DNA of 64,000 nt from Anthoceros angustus (Eukaryota; Plantae; Anthocerotophyta). The stretch spans positions 62,001 through 126,000 of the forward strand of contig MU008205.1 in assembly GCA_010909165.1 (NCBI GenBank), given 5' to 3'. Positions within the stretch are counted from its first letter, which is position 1. The number at the start of each line of letters is the position of its first letter. The notes below the pieces were generated by a model. It was not told the origin of the DNA and made no database searches. It worked only from the letters and a program-made list of their open reading frames with translations. A program made the translations under genes and the position numbers. Of this stretch, positions 43,000-55,419 are shown piece after piece.

Positions 43000-45900
43000 G
43001 GCAGGCCGCGGGTGGTACCGGTCGTTACACTCGATGTTGGGCTCCGTGAGGGACCCATCGATGCCGAAGACCCGCACTCGCCAAGACGGACTATTGCCTT
43101 TGTCTGGATTGAGTGTGGCCAAGGTCGAGGTATGCGAATGAGCGTTGGGAGAGGCGGAGAGCAACTGCACAAAAGAAGGTACAAAGGGTGTTAGCCCAAA
43201 ACCCAGAAGTACAGACGCCCAAATACGCAGAAATCAAAAGGAGATGAAACCCCTCAGCAGAAGGGAAAAGTGAAGTACCGGCCGATCTTTAGATATTGTT
43301 GGGCGCCACGAAGATCGATGATGCTTGCTTGAACACCGCCAAGATGTTGAAGACTCGCTCCGACAAATACGAAAGGCAGAAGCAAGCAAAGCAGCGGAGC
43401 ATAGCACTCCAAAACTCCAACTAATTCGAGAACGCTGAGCTCCGGACGCCGATCGCAAAGATGCAGTGAAAAAGGATCGATTGAACGCCGAAATGGAGGG
43501 GACATCCGTCGAGACCAAACGCGAGGCGCGTAACCCGACAAGCGGCGCCAAGGAGGGCGCAATTGGCGTGGGAGTCTCCAGCAGTGAGTTTGCAACAAAA
43601 AGTCCGAAATCAGTCAAGAAAATAAGCCACTGCAACTGTGAAGCGGACAAAAGTTAATGGACTACCTTTAAAGCCGGATGTCTTCACCACCATACCTTCA
43701 CAAGATGTCCAGATTGGCTGCAACTTCAAATCGCAGCGCCCGCTACTGAGTTGCACCGCATGAAAAACCCACATCGAAACAAAATTTTCGACTATCATCA
43801 CGGATGGCGTGACGGCGGACCAAGCTCAATCAGGGGGCAATGGCCAGCGCTACACCGGTCGAAGTGAGAAAGTGGGCGGACGAACGCGTGAGGGGGTAGT
43901 GGTTTAAATAGGGATTAGGGTTCCGGATGCTTCTGGCGGAGGCCTACGTCTATTTCGACCCGGAGTTTCGCTTTACCGCCGCTTCGAGGTTCGGGTTAGG
44001 TTGGTAAGGTTTGGTTAGGTTTGGTGAGCTTAACTTAGGTTTGAAGTGTCATGGCGAATCTAACCTAGAAAGGTTTGGAGTTAGGTTTGGATTTGTGTTT
44101 GGTAAATTCAAAGAGGTCCGTAGATGAGAGTGGCGGCTGAGAGAGAAGGGCTAGGGTTTCTTTGGCTATATAAGGTCTTACTTCAGTCCAACGTCTTTTC
44201 GATTGTAGGCAAGGCCAAGGGTTCTAGCGCCTTTGAACAGCGCCTCTCAAAGATAGGGGTTATTCTCCATTAAAGGGTTTGGGTCCCTAAAGACCAAAAA
44301 TGACCCCAAAACGGGCCAAAATGCATCATCTTTAGCAAAACCACTCTTAGACATGTCAAAGACATTGACCATGTTATTTTCTCGTGAATACTTACGCTAA
44401 GGTCAAGAAGGTTCATGGATTTCACCTTCACAAGGAAGGGATTTCAAGGATTTTAACAGTGCTAGGAATCCTAAACACCTCTTTCGCAGATAGTACTTCC
44501 TAGGTGGTGAACAGAGGCAAACCAAACAAAATTAGTCCAAGAAGCCAAACTACGGACGTCAAAACCAACACGCAAAAGTAGCACCGAAGTCGAAGAAGAA
44601 TCACGGACGCCCGAATTGTGAGAGAACATTAACCGATAGCTTGATCATGGCCATCTCGAGAGGACCAAACTACGACTCTAAAAGTAGCGCTGACGTCTGC
44701 ACTTTGAGTACACAACCCGGATCTCCATTGTTAGAGTGAAAACATAGAAGGAATTGGAACAATGCGCCGGACGCTCGCACATTGGCGCGAGTCTAAAAGC
44801 ACCGGACGTCCGCGATTTTCTGAGACCCCAATCTTGTGGGCGCCCATGAGATGGAAATGGTGGAGTGGATTGGACGTCCGACATCTATATTTATTGTTTG
44901 TCTTCTAGAAATATCCGCTGGGATAGGTGCATAGACTCAATGGCAAGAACTCAAGGTTAAGCACTCCAGGATGGGGTGCTTGACTGGTGCTTGAGACCAT
45001 GCATGGCTAGGATGCTTGCTTGGGCGCTTTGACTTTGCTAAGAATATGCACTCAAATTAGAACTAGGATGGCTTGCTTGTTTTGGCGCTTTGAAAACTTT
45101 GTAACAACTCCATCAAAGCAACCTAGAGGCGTATCAATACTAGGATGGAGTGTTGATTTTTAGTGGTTTGAAAAATTTGTAAATCATCCCGTATCTAGGC
45201 GTAAAGTCATGAATATTATTTTTGAAAATCATTTGTTGGTTGATGTTATATTCCACATTCGCTTTGTATACAACATGTTAAACCTTTTGGCCTTACTCTA
45301 TGTGATTCGACTTGCGGTGGATCTCTTTGATTGGTGCAAATGTCAAGCTCATTCGAGTTTGATGCACGTATAGATGCATAGGCCTTGGTTTCTAGATGAG
45401 CTACATTTTCCAAAATTACATGTATGATGGTGGTTTCTAATGGCCAACCTTTTGAAGACGACAATGTTTCACAATGTTTTGCGGAGAAGCGAAAATAAAT
45501 AGAATAGATGATTTTTCCTTGAGTAATGAAAGCACATCGGATGCGGTCGAACAAGCATAAGAGAGCATCTGCACGCCCTGCGAGCCCTAGTGAGAGCCGG
45601 TAGTGTCGAAGAGGGCTGGTCGCCGGGGTTTTGACCAAATGGCTGAGTATTTGTGAGGCTCGAAGGAGGACCTATCTATACCTTGTAGCGCCCACTACGG
45701 TACATGTTGGGTTTAGAGGCGAACTATAGCTTTTGAGATTTTGAATTTAAGATCGACTTGCTCCATGTGCCACCCATGGATAGATTAAGGTTGAAAGCGA
45801 TGCGGACTTGACAAGAAGAAATGTAAGCTACGAAGAGTTTGATCAAGAGCGGTTGAGGAGGCCTCACCATCCTTTACCTTGTCAATTCTGCGAGGCCAAT

Positions 45901-47300
45901 CTGCGGATCTAAGTGCGGCTTATCTCTCGGCGGAGGGGCCGTCGGGGCGGTATACTGCCGTGCAGGATTGCTCGAATCACGGGGTTTGAAAAGAGAATTG
46001 ATGTGAGTGTTGGTGCGGTGGCAAGTGTGCACAAGCAACTTGAACGAAAGTGCTTGCCTACACAAGTATTGACGCAACCCTCTCCAAACCCGGTATTGCA
46101 CCTCTTTGAGTATAAGCGCGGACGTTCGGTGCACTCTTGGAGCATAAGTCACCATCCGCCACTTGGTACAAAGTGTGTCCGCTATTTGTGTGACGGTGGG
46201 CATTAGGTCTTCCTTGGGCTCGGATGCATGGCATGGGTTCGCAAATCACTGAAAACAGTGAAATGAGACATGTGCATTTCTGGATGGTTGGGGCCAAAAT
46301 GGGGTTCGGAGGCAAACCCCTATGCTGAGAAACACTGTTTTTGTGTCCGAGCTCTTTATATGTCCGTGAGGAGTCTGTTGTTGTTTACGCTCAGTTTGAA
46401 GGCGTGCTTTTATGTTACGTTAGGGTCTTCCTCCGAAGGCTAAGGTTTCTCGGATGCAAAGGCGACATGGTCATGTTTTGCCAAACGCCGCCTCGAAGGT
46501 TTCTGCCTCTCAAAATGCCGCCTAGGTGAAAGTTCGCTACCTTTGTTCTGTCAGTGTTGTGTTTTGCGCGTCATTGCTCCTTCTTCGTTACTACTTGCTC
46601 CTTTCTTTACTGTTTGGTTGAGCATGTGTTTTTAGTCTTTAAGTCCTTCTCACGCTTTTCTTCAGAGTCCAAGGTGTTTTCGAGGCTTTGCTCATGAGAG
46701 TTTTAGTTTTCGCTCATGGTTCTTTTCAGCTCTGTCCCAAGGATAGGCCTTTTTGTAGTCATCAAGTCCAAGGTGGTCAAGCCTTGCTAGGTCAAGGTTT
46801 GTCGAAGTTTTTGGGCCAAGGTTCTATCATCCTCTTAAAAGGTTAAGGCCATTTCACGTCCTGTTCAAACGCCAAGGTTTCTGTAAAGTTTCTTTTCAAT
46901 GCCAAGGTCGTTTTTCTGCTGTGCTTGAAGGTTGGTTTTCGAAGGCCAAGAGGTCCCTAGGTCCGAAGGTGAGGGTGTCTTTGCTCCCGAGGTCCAAGTT
47001 GTTTATCCGAAGGCTTTTGTTGTCCAATTTGTTGGTTTTTGTCGCTTGCCAGTATGCTGGAACGCCCGCGGCGTGTGATTGCTTGCTCACAGTCATTACA
47101 TTTAGTCGACGTGCTAGTATTAGCGCGGCCTTAAGCGCCAATGCTTTTGAGCGCTAGTGTCTTCAGGTCTAGTACTTCTCAGCGCTAGCGCTTTTAGTTC
47201 TTGTGCTTTTTAGCGCTTGGTTGCCAGCGCTAGTGCTTTAAAGTGGTAGTGTTTTCAGGTTAGTGTGTTTTAGCTCTAGATTGTGCAGTTGGTTTTGTGT
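43000..47300. mobile_element. Unassigned insertion(s) inside Crypton copy 1, absent from copy 2
   Basis: The gap between the two element genes is ~6 kb here versus ~1 kb in copy 2; contains tagggtt/ttaggttt-rich LTR-like sequence. Boundaries approximate. Confidence 0.4.
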
Positions 47301-49070
47301 TTTTGTTGTTGCAGTTATCAGTTTGGAGTTTTGTTCCTTTGTTGCATACTATGATTTGCATGTTGCTGTCTGTCTGCTTCTTGCAAACATCTTCGTGCTT
47401 GCGAACTTATGTTTCTTTGGTGTGTTTTTGTTTTGATCATCTTGGTGGAAGGCGTTGAGATGTATCGTATCGATGCAGACGTAGAACACAGTATCATCGG
47501 TCTGTTGCAAACAGGTGTCCCAAACTGACAGCCCGTTGTGGTCGAGTTCTTAAATGTTTGTTTTTTAGTGTTAATTTGTTATGTTTTATAGGTTGGTTTT
47601 TGTGCTCGATTGTTTTGTGCTCTGGTGTGTCCCCGATGCATCATTGTAATTATTCATACTGTTTCTTTTCTTGTGTGCATTTTGTTCAGTTTTCTCAATG
47701 CTTCTTTTTGCTCATGTTATCTCGCTCTTGTTTTTGTATTGTCTCACTTGCATGCATGTGTTATTTGTCGTGTTTACGATTTGATTGTTGTAACTGTAAG
47801 TCCAGAAGAATAGTTGGTAAGGGGTAGGACGTCTTTTTTTGTTTGGAACAAAGAATTAAAGCGATTTGGACTAGGACTTAAGCATGCTATGATTTGTTTT
47901 GTGTTTTCCGGAAGCTTGGTGTTTATTTCATATTTCTTTTCCTTATCTAGTTGTGTGACTTTCTATCATGTCCTGTACAGGTTCAATTTGTTTTATTGTT
48001 TTGGAGTTTTGATTGTGTTTGGTTGTTTTTTTTCAGGTGCATCATTATGTCTCTTAGCGAAGAAGAGATTTGGAACAAGATCTGATTCCGTTCTGATTCC
48101 GTCACTCGCCAACTGTGGTATATTGCATGTCTATCAATCGTTTTTGTGTTTATGGCTCTCTGGCTGTGGCATGTTTACAGGTCTCTTTGTGGTTGCTTCT
48201 ATTGGTACATGTGTTATGTTTGTGTTATATATTGTTGTCTGACCGCTCCACATGTCCTTTCTGACTTGTGCATGTCTGCATCCTGCCTATTGTCTGATTG
48301 ATGTTTGTCTTATACACAGGCTTCTGCACTGTTGTGTTATCTTCCCCTTGCTGTCTTTTTTATGGTAATTTTTTGTTTTTGTTCGTGTGCGCTTACTTTG
48401 GTTTTCCCACTGGTGAGTGTGTTGTGTCTGACTATCGTCTCCCACTTGTTGCGTCTGACTGTCTGATTGTGTATGTGTATGTTTGTTTTGATGGGGCCTC
48501 AGTTGTGGCTGAATGCACGGCTGAAAGCATGTGTAACAATCTGTTTAAGTTTTTCTCTTATATTAGTTCATTTGTATTAACTACTTTGGCAACTCTTTTG
48601 TATGTAGGACTTGAATTTCAAGTTTGAAGGCTGTGGCAACATCTTTACTTTGGTCTGTTGGGGAATGAAAAAAAGTTTTTGCTGAATGGTTTGTATGGAT
48701 GTTTTTTCTGTGTGGGTTTCTTTTGGGGCTTTTGCTCTTTGCACTTACATCTCACTCGCCAAGGCATTTTTTTTGTTTCAGGAAGGTTGTGGGTATTTGT
48801 TCTCTCTAACATGGACGTATCTGATCTCTCTAACATAAAGCAGAGGGGATTTACAAGAATAACAATGTATAGATTTAAGGAGTTTTCTGTGTTACATCTC
48901 CCACAGTCCTTTTCTTCTCTAAGATTGTCTTATAATCAATTGTCAGACCTTCCAGCAGGTTTTCGTCTGGAAGTCGCAAACACAATGTAAGTGTCAAGAT
49001 TGTCAATTGATTCTCTGTTTAGTATACAGGTTTTTTTTGGATCAATTTGACGTTTTTGTGGTTATTGCAG

Positions 49071-52000
49071 ATGGCTCCCAAAAGAAAACCCACAGGTCCT
49101 GCTGGACCAGGAAAGAAACAAGGATCCCTGGCTGAAGTTATGGCCAAGCCATACACAAGACAACGTGTCAAATCTGCAGTTCTCCACACTGCAACTCATC
49201 CACTGCAGGATGATGGTAAAGTTGATGGTGTCTTGGTGCACAGCGAAGGAACTTATTTAGTTCCAAAAAAAGACATTCCCAAACCGCCAAGGCACTTCTC
49301 ATCCAAGAAGGATGCTCGACGGCATTGAGTTTGTGAAGAGGAGAAGGGTGGACACTGACTGTGGCATTGGTTGAAGGTCCTCTTGCGAGATTACTAACTA
49401 TGTCCCAAAGGTCCGAGAGAGGGGTCCAGTGGGGAGAATGATTTCTTGATAACCGACGATCCCATGGTTGTGAGGCCGCCAAAGCCTGAGTCTAGAGATT
49501 TGTGTGTGTGGTTGAACAGATGCTTTATGGCGCTTTTCCATGCCTGTGGTTCCCCGACCGAGTCATCCCGATCAAGAAGTGCTTGATATGTTTTGAGAGG
49601 CTAAAGTGTGATGATCCCAAGATGACTTTGCCATGGGTATGGAGGAAATTGATGATGAAGCAATTTTAGAGAGCGGGATTTGACCCAATAGTCCCGAGGG
49701 AGCCGTGAATGATGCTTTGAGTGGTGGGAGGATAGGTCCAAACGGTAATAACGTGTCAAGTCGTCTGGCCTTTATGAAAGTGAGTGTCAGGGATGGGATA
49801 CCGTTGAGGATATCCTCACAAGGATCTAAATCTTATTCGATATCCTTTTTCCATCAAGTTCGAATCGAAGGACAACAGATTTTCTCGTAAACGTAAGTGA
49901 TGTTTTTTTTGATTTTGATAGTTCGACTTCTTTCACATGACCGATTTCGATCTTCTGCAGTTGATGTCTTTCTTTCGTGGTTTTAACCGAATTTTAACAA
50001 GGAAGTGCATCTGAACCAAAGCCGCTTGGTATGTTCCTGATCAACATGTTTCATGGAATTTTCCATGGGTCCCGGGTTGCGCCCATGAAAATCGAAGGAC
50101 CTTGGGATTGTGTCATGTCGAAAAGAGGTGAAGTTGATTGATGATGATGAGCGATTCTTTCACACAGAGATCATCAATGCTCATTTGGGCGGGGCTCAAA
50201 AAGGTAATATTGTTGGTTTTGGGGTGCATTTTGATTGTTCATTTATGGTTTTAAACGGAGCCTTATGCCTATATTGTTTGGTGTGTGCATATTTTTGCAT
50301 GACCAGTTTGGAGTTCGAGGTGGTGAAGAGTTACATAACCCGCTCATTAGGGACTTCTCGCTCAGCAGATTCAAAGTGTGGACCTTTTGTTCAAGATGTT
50401 TTGATGTTTTGATGTTTTGATGTTTTGATGTTTTGATGTTTTGATGTATCAGATGAGCTCCTTCATTTGCGGTATGAAGAACTTCAAAAATTACAAAGTG
50501 GACATGAAGAATTACCAGAGTGAGCATTTCCGCCAAAAAGGTCAAGATCTACGGATGTTATCGAAACTTTTAAAGTCAAGTATTGATCACTCTCCCAAGT
50601 GGTGCATAGCGACAAAATTTGTCAATTCGGGGTTTCTTCAATTCAACCATTGATAACCCAAGATCAAATGTAAGTTTTGTTGTTATTGGGCTTAAGTTTT
50701 GTGGTTTGTATTTAACCGCTTTGTTTTTTGGCTAGGCTTGGTATGCAAAACTCGTGTTTCAAAAAGGAATGTTGTCAAGGTTCATGAAGACCATGATGAA
50801 GTGGGCTTGTTGGCTATTACACCAATAAGAGCTGCCGTGTAACGATGATTACACGCTTGACGATGGCTCGGTGCCTTGATCTTTGGGAGAAGTGTGACCG
50901 CCATAAACGGATGCATTTCAAGGTAATATGTTTTGAAAGCTTGTGACATTTGAGTCCTTTGTATGTTCCTTCGACGCTCGATGTTTTGCGATATGACCGT
51001 CCGTCAAGCAAAACAGTACCGCAGAAGAGTCCTTGTTCGGTGAACGCGATCCTATCAGGAGCTTTTGAACGAAGAACTTAATCGGATGCAGGATGATTTA
51101 AGGGGTGTTCTTCCGTCATCCTCAATGTGACTCAAATTGTATTTTCTAGTCACAAGATCACTTGCAAGTGCAACAGGTTAACAATGTAAGTGTTTGAGAT
51201 TTGTTGCAAGTATAGGGACTTATCAAAACTCGTGTCCCGACTTGTTTTTTTTGTGTCTTAGGTCTCCTCCACTCGTTCATTCATCATGAAAGGCATCTTT
51301 GAACAATGTCAAGACGAATCGAGTTTTCCGCACCATGTGGTCCATCGTGTCTCAAGTTCGTTGGTATTGTCAGTTCCTTTGTTGTAGCCGCCATGTTGGA
51401 TCTGTTTTAATCATCTTGGTTTATTCTTGGCGGTGGGAGGCTGTGGCGTTTTGGTTGCAAACATACCTCGAAAGCGATGGCCAAGGCATCCGGATGGATA
51501 CCAGCACAACATGGGTGTTCTAGTGAAATTCCATATGTTGACAAGGTTGATTCTTTGTTTGTTGTTGTTTTCATTCTTTTGGAGTTTCGATTATGTGTTC
51601 TTCTTGGCGGTTGTGAATCCTGCGACTAGTGGAAACATTCCCTCATTTCAACATTGATACAGCTCTGAGGGAAGTCGATGCAGTGGCCCCTTTGTTGGAG
51701 GGCATTGTGCAGAGTGAGTGTGATCAGTCATCTGAAGTTAACCAGGACAAAAATGTGGCTGTAGTAGCACCTCTGGATATCGCATTGCAACATGTGACTG
51801 CAAATGGAAATGGAAGTGGCTTTGAGCAGCGGCTTGCTGAGATCTCCCGAGTACGGGAATTGGAGTATGATAGACTGAAAGAAACTGGAGTTTCAACGGC
51901 AAAAGGATTTGGAGGCACTTATAGAGAGACAGGCGTAGCGCTTGAATTACGAGTCTCTAAGCAAAGAGAGAAAGCCCTTGAGATTCAGAGGCGAGAAATG

Positions 52001-52371
52001 TGGAGAGGAGACAAGAGCACATTAAGCATCAAGAGAAACTCAAGCAGCAGCAGAAAGAGCAGCAAGAGGTTCGAAGATTGCAGTGAAAGACAGGAGAAGA
52101 ATGTGCCTCGAGATATTTGCATCGCTATCTCGCGAAAATCCCGGATTGGTAAGTTTTCTTATGCTCTTTATTAATCGCAGTAGATTGAAAATCAATGGTT
52201 GTGTTTTATTGGGTTGTGACCTTGCAGGAAGACGGACAATTTCGTCCAAGTCCTCAGCTTCATCAATTGGTTGCCAATTATGATAATGTTGTACAAGTGC
52301 CAATCAAGCCAAGTGGTCGGGAAAATTACATTTTCAATCTGTATAATTGTACAGTGAATTTCCCTAAATAA
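49071..52371 (+). pseudogene. DUF3504/Crypton-type tyrosine recombinase, multi-exon, frameshifted
   Basis: MAPKRKP start; RGFNRIL; QFGVRGGEELH (catalytic R, ~50316); KNFKNYK; WY; TNKSCRVTMITRL (50821, K in place of H in HxxR); VT(G)HK; YDR (~50992); terminal FNLYNCTVNFPK*. Confidence 0.75.
50395..50447 (+). repeat. (GATGTTTT)6+ intronic tandem repeat
   Basis: Six full 8-bp units plus a partial unit. Confidence 0.9.
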
Positions 52372-52914
52372 GGTAAGTATCATTGCTTAAGTCTTTGTTC
52401 TGACTATTGCCAGGGTTTTCTAGTATCAGCGTAATTACGGTTTGGGTGCTGATTTTTGTTTTGTTTGTAGGTTTCATTGTTGTTGAAGCAGAGTTCAATC
52501 TATTCAGGTATTTACTCTTCATTAGTTGAATTTGTATTTCATGCCATTCGATATACAGAAACTCGCAAAGAAAAGGTTTCTTTGTTGGTTTTTGTATATC
52601 CCGGATCCGCATGAATATTATTTAACAGAAAATGTTTTGTCGATTAGCGATTTTGGTGGGATTTCTAGAATGAGCTTCTACTAGACGCACTGGTATTCAC
52701 TTGCCATTTTTCTACTCTAGTGCTCTATTTTCTACCTTGATGTTAGATCATTTTCACCCAACTTGGCATGTTTACTACTATATTGTAATGAATTTTACTA
52801 TATCGGGTAAAACAATGACCAAAAGGTCAATTCTCTCTAAAATTTACACTACCGAAAAAAAAAATCAACTAGGCGATCGAGGCCCCTGACGAGGCCGCAA
52901 TCAGACGCTTATTA

Positions 52915-54830
52915 ATGGGCTTACTATGGGAGATGAGGATATTGGCAATGTATCACAACACGATGTCGACAAGAGGAAGAAGATGAATTTCATCGAACAA
53001 GTTAGGTACCTGCGAGATGAGCTCCAAATTGCAAAGCGAGATGGTGTGACCATGAGCATGAACTGGAAGTTTAACCTTTATAAGGTGCTTGGGCTAATAG
53101 AGGACGATGAGGGCCGCGAGGATGAGCAATATAAACAAAACATGGTGGACAACATGACACATATTCTATGCATTGCGAAATTGGAGGGAAAGGTTTGGGA
53201 GAATGTTGATAGTATTTTCACAAAGTGGGAAGCCATGGAGCTACGAGGCGGGCAAAGCATGTGGCGGTGGGACCAAGAAGAGCAAAGCATAAAGTTGGTG
53301 ATGAAACAAAGTCATTGAAGGTGTATTTAGCGAAAGAAATGCAGGCAAGCCATGGCGATTTCAAGGTATTCCTCCGGGAGGCGGCGAGAAGATGCTAATG
53401 GTGTGGCGAGAAGGTGTTGTGGTCTTCTAGACTGAATGGAATGTCCAAGGAGGTGACACTGCGGAAGAAATTTCATGTCATACAAGTGGCTATGGCAAAG
53501 CATCCGGGTGTAGTTCATTCGACATGGTGAGAGAAGAATACCCACTACACTCATCGGATGCGATGTCGCGAGGTTCCAAACCGCTTTTGAGGAAAGGTAT
53601 GTCCTTCTATGTCCTGTTGATTAGATTGGTTGAAGGCGCGGCTTCGGCACCCCTCCTGTCGTTTTTCTTGTTTTTCAAGCGGGGAAGGAAGAGGCGGGCG
53701 GCATGCGCCCTCTTCTCCGGCGTGTGATTGTGAAGCTTTAGCGGTTGTCTTCGTGCAAGTAAAAGATGTTGAAGACACGAAATTGCGAGGATTTTCAAGC
53801 TTTCATACGAGAGGTGCACACATGGAAAGGCTTGGAGGACGAGCAAAGGGCACTTGCGGACATGGACATGGAGGAAGGGCTCCAATCTTTCGTGCCAAAA
53901 GCGGAGAATATTGTGAACTACGGTGGTATCAAGAGATGCCTTGGACATGCGGGGTTTCTGGGTTCAGAAGGTACACACTATTGTTGATGGATGTGCCGAT
54001 TCAATAAGGGACAACATGATGTGAAGATGGATCGAGCACGGTGAACACCATTTTCCATTCTTTCCATGACATGACAAGTTGCTCGGAGATTAGATTGATA
54101 GTCATGCATGGAGTAGAAGAGCTGCACATGGTGAGAGAGGCAATGCGGAAGTGGTGCAGTGTGGAGGGATGGTCTCCTTCGTTTGGGATAAAGCGAATAT
54201 GCTGGCGACCAAGGAGGCTATGACACATGGAGTACATCACGGTGGGTGGGGTTTCACCTCCAAGATCGGAAGATGTCTATGCTCCCGAATAACTTGCGGG
54301 GCTCTTTCAACAATGGGCGTCCTTGCCGCGACAACGTGAAGAAATTTATTGTATATGTCATTTGACAAGGCGGTGGTATGTGCATACCGAGGCCTCTAGG
54401 CACGATGATGAAGCTCATCAAGAACTTTTCGAAAGAGGGAGCGGGTTACGGATGTATGTCTTTGGGAGTGGTACTACGACATTGGCGGCATGTATGGCCA
54501 ATTGTATTGTCGTGGATATTGATAAGCGGTGTGAGTTTATTCCACGGAGGATCCATGGATATGAAGTGCTTGCGGATGAGGAGGAATTGACTCATGAGCC
54601 GCACTGCCGGGGACCCTCCCAGTGCAGGCTAAGGAATTGAGTTTTCGAGAAGGATGTCTCCAGCTCGTGGTTCCTTTGGGGTTGAATAGGATGAAGGAGA
54701 TCACGGAGATATTCGGGCGATGGCCAACAAACCTTGCCCACCTTATGGCAGCGAGAACAACGGGAAAGGAAATGATGGTGGCCTTTTGGATGCGGAGAAT
54801 GCCATGAGGAGAATGACGAAGATGCGGAGG
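52915..54830 (+). pseudogene. C-terminal part of the ParB-fused beta-class N4C/N6A DNA methyltransferase
   Basis: MGL..ILAMYHN, MNFIEQVRYLR, TLLLMDVP (DPPY-like motif IV, ~53990), FVWDK, PLGTMMKLIKNFSKEG, FGSGTTTLAACM..NCIVVDID (motif I after IV, i.e. beta order). Confidence 0.7.
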
Positions 54831-55105
54831 AGGCAAGGGTAAATGCGGTAGTCTTTGGATATGCAGGCGGTGCCACAGTCCCAACCATGCGGATTAATTG
54901 GGCGATTAGGTCAAAGTTAAGTGGCGGTGTCCCATGATTTGATTTCGTTATAGTGCAAAAGCATGCCGTCTTGACTTATATACATATTACGTGTTTGGGA
55001 TTTGAATCCTTTTATGCATATGTTACGTACCATTGTGTTCATAGTTTGCATACATTCTTTGCATGCATGACTTGATCTCCTCATTATCATATCCGCATAT
55101 CATAT

Positions 55106-55350
55106 CGATGAAATCGGACAAAACCATATGCCATTCGGATGCTTGCGGCCAAAACCGATGAATGAAAAAAGGCGCTTTTGTGTATGCGATGAAATCGGAC
55201 AAAACCATATTGTATGCCATTCGGATGCTGCGGCCAAAACGATGAATGAAAAAAGGCTTTTGTATGCGATGAAATCGGACAAAACCATCTTGTATGCCAT
55301 TCGGATGCTTGCGGCCAAAACGATGAATGAAAAAGGCGGCTTTTGTCGTG
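55106..55350. repeat. Three ~80-bp tandem units ending in TTTTGTCGTG
   Basis: cgatgaaatcggacaaaaccat..gccattcggatgc..ggccaaaac..gatgaatgaaaaa at 55106, 55187 and 55267. Confidence 0.9.
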
Positions 55351-55419
55351 GAGCGCAAGCGGTCGAGGTTTTACAAGGCGACATTATATTCAGCCCCTTC
55401 AAATATTAGCATGTTATGC

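Larger units (their letters stand above)
40768..52914 (+). mobile_element. Crypton-like tyrosine-recombinase DNA element, copy 1 (12.1 kb), bounded by TATTA direct repeats
   Basis: TATTA at 40763-40767 and 52910-52914; no TIRs seen; encodes a DUF3504-type YR and a divergent multi-exon gene; left end homologous to 59258 onward. Confidence 0.75.
40230..55419 (+). mobile_element. Inserted unit (~3 kb without the nested Crypton) carrying a ParB-like plus N4/N6 DNA methyltransferase pseudogene; flanked by ATGC direct repeats
   Basis: ATGC at 40226-40229 and 55416-55419; removing the insert restores the DNMT frame DVLASERH-QTIGSSK. Confidence 0.7.

Noticed and set aside
43900-44170. Telomere-like tagggtt/ttaggttt motifs as an interstitial telomere
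   Set aside because: Scattered and degenerate rather than tandem; common in plant LTR/promoter DNA.
47558-48627. Hydrophobic Cys/Phe-rich ORFs resembling membrane proteins
   Set aside because: Product of T/G-rich low-complexity, intron-like sequence.
51629-52174. 181-aa ORF as a separate gene
   Set aside because: Lies between the YR catalytic exons and the terminal NCTVNF exon, so it is more likely a C-terminal exon of the recombinase.
55106-55350. 80-bp repeats as CRISPR or as the short ORFs listed there
   Set aside because: Whole units repeat with no spacers; the ORFs are repeat artefacts.
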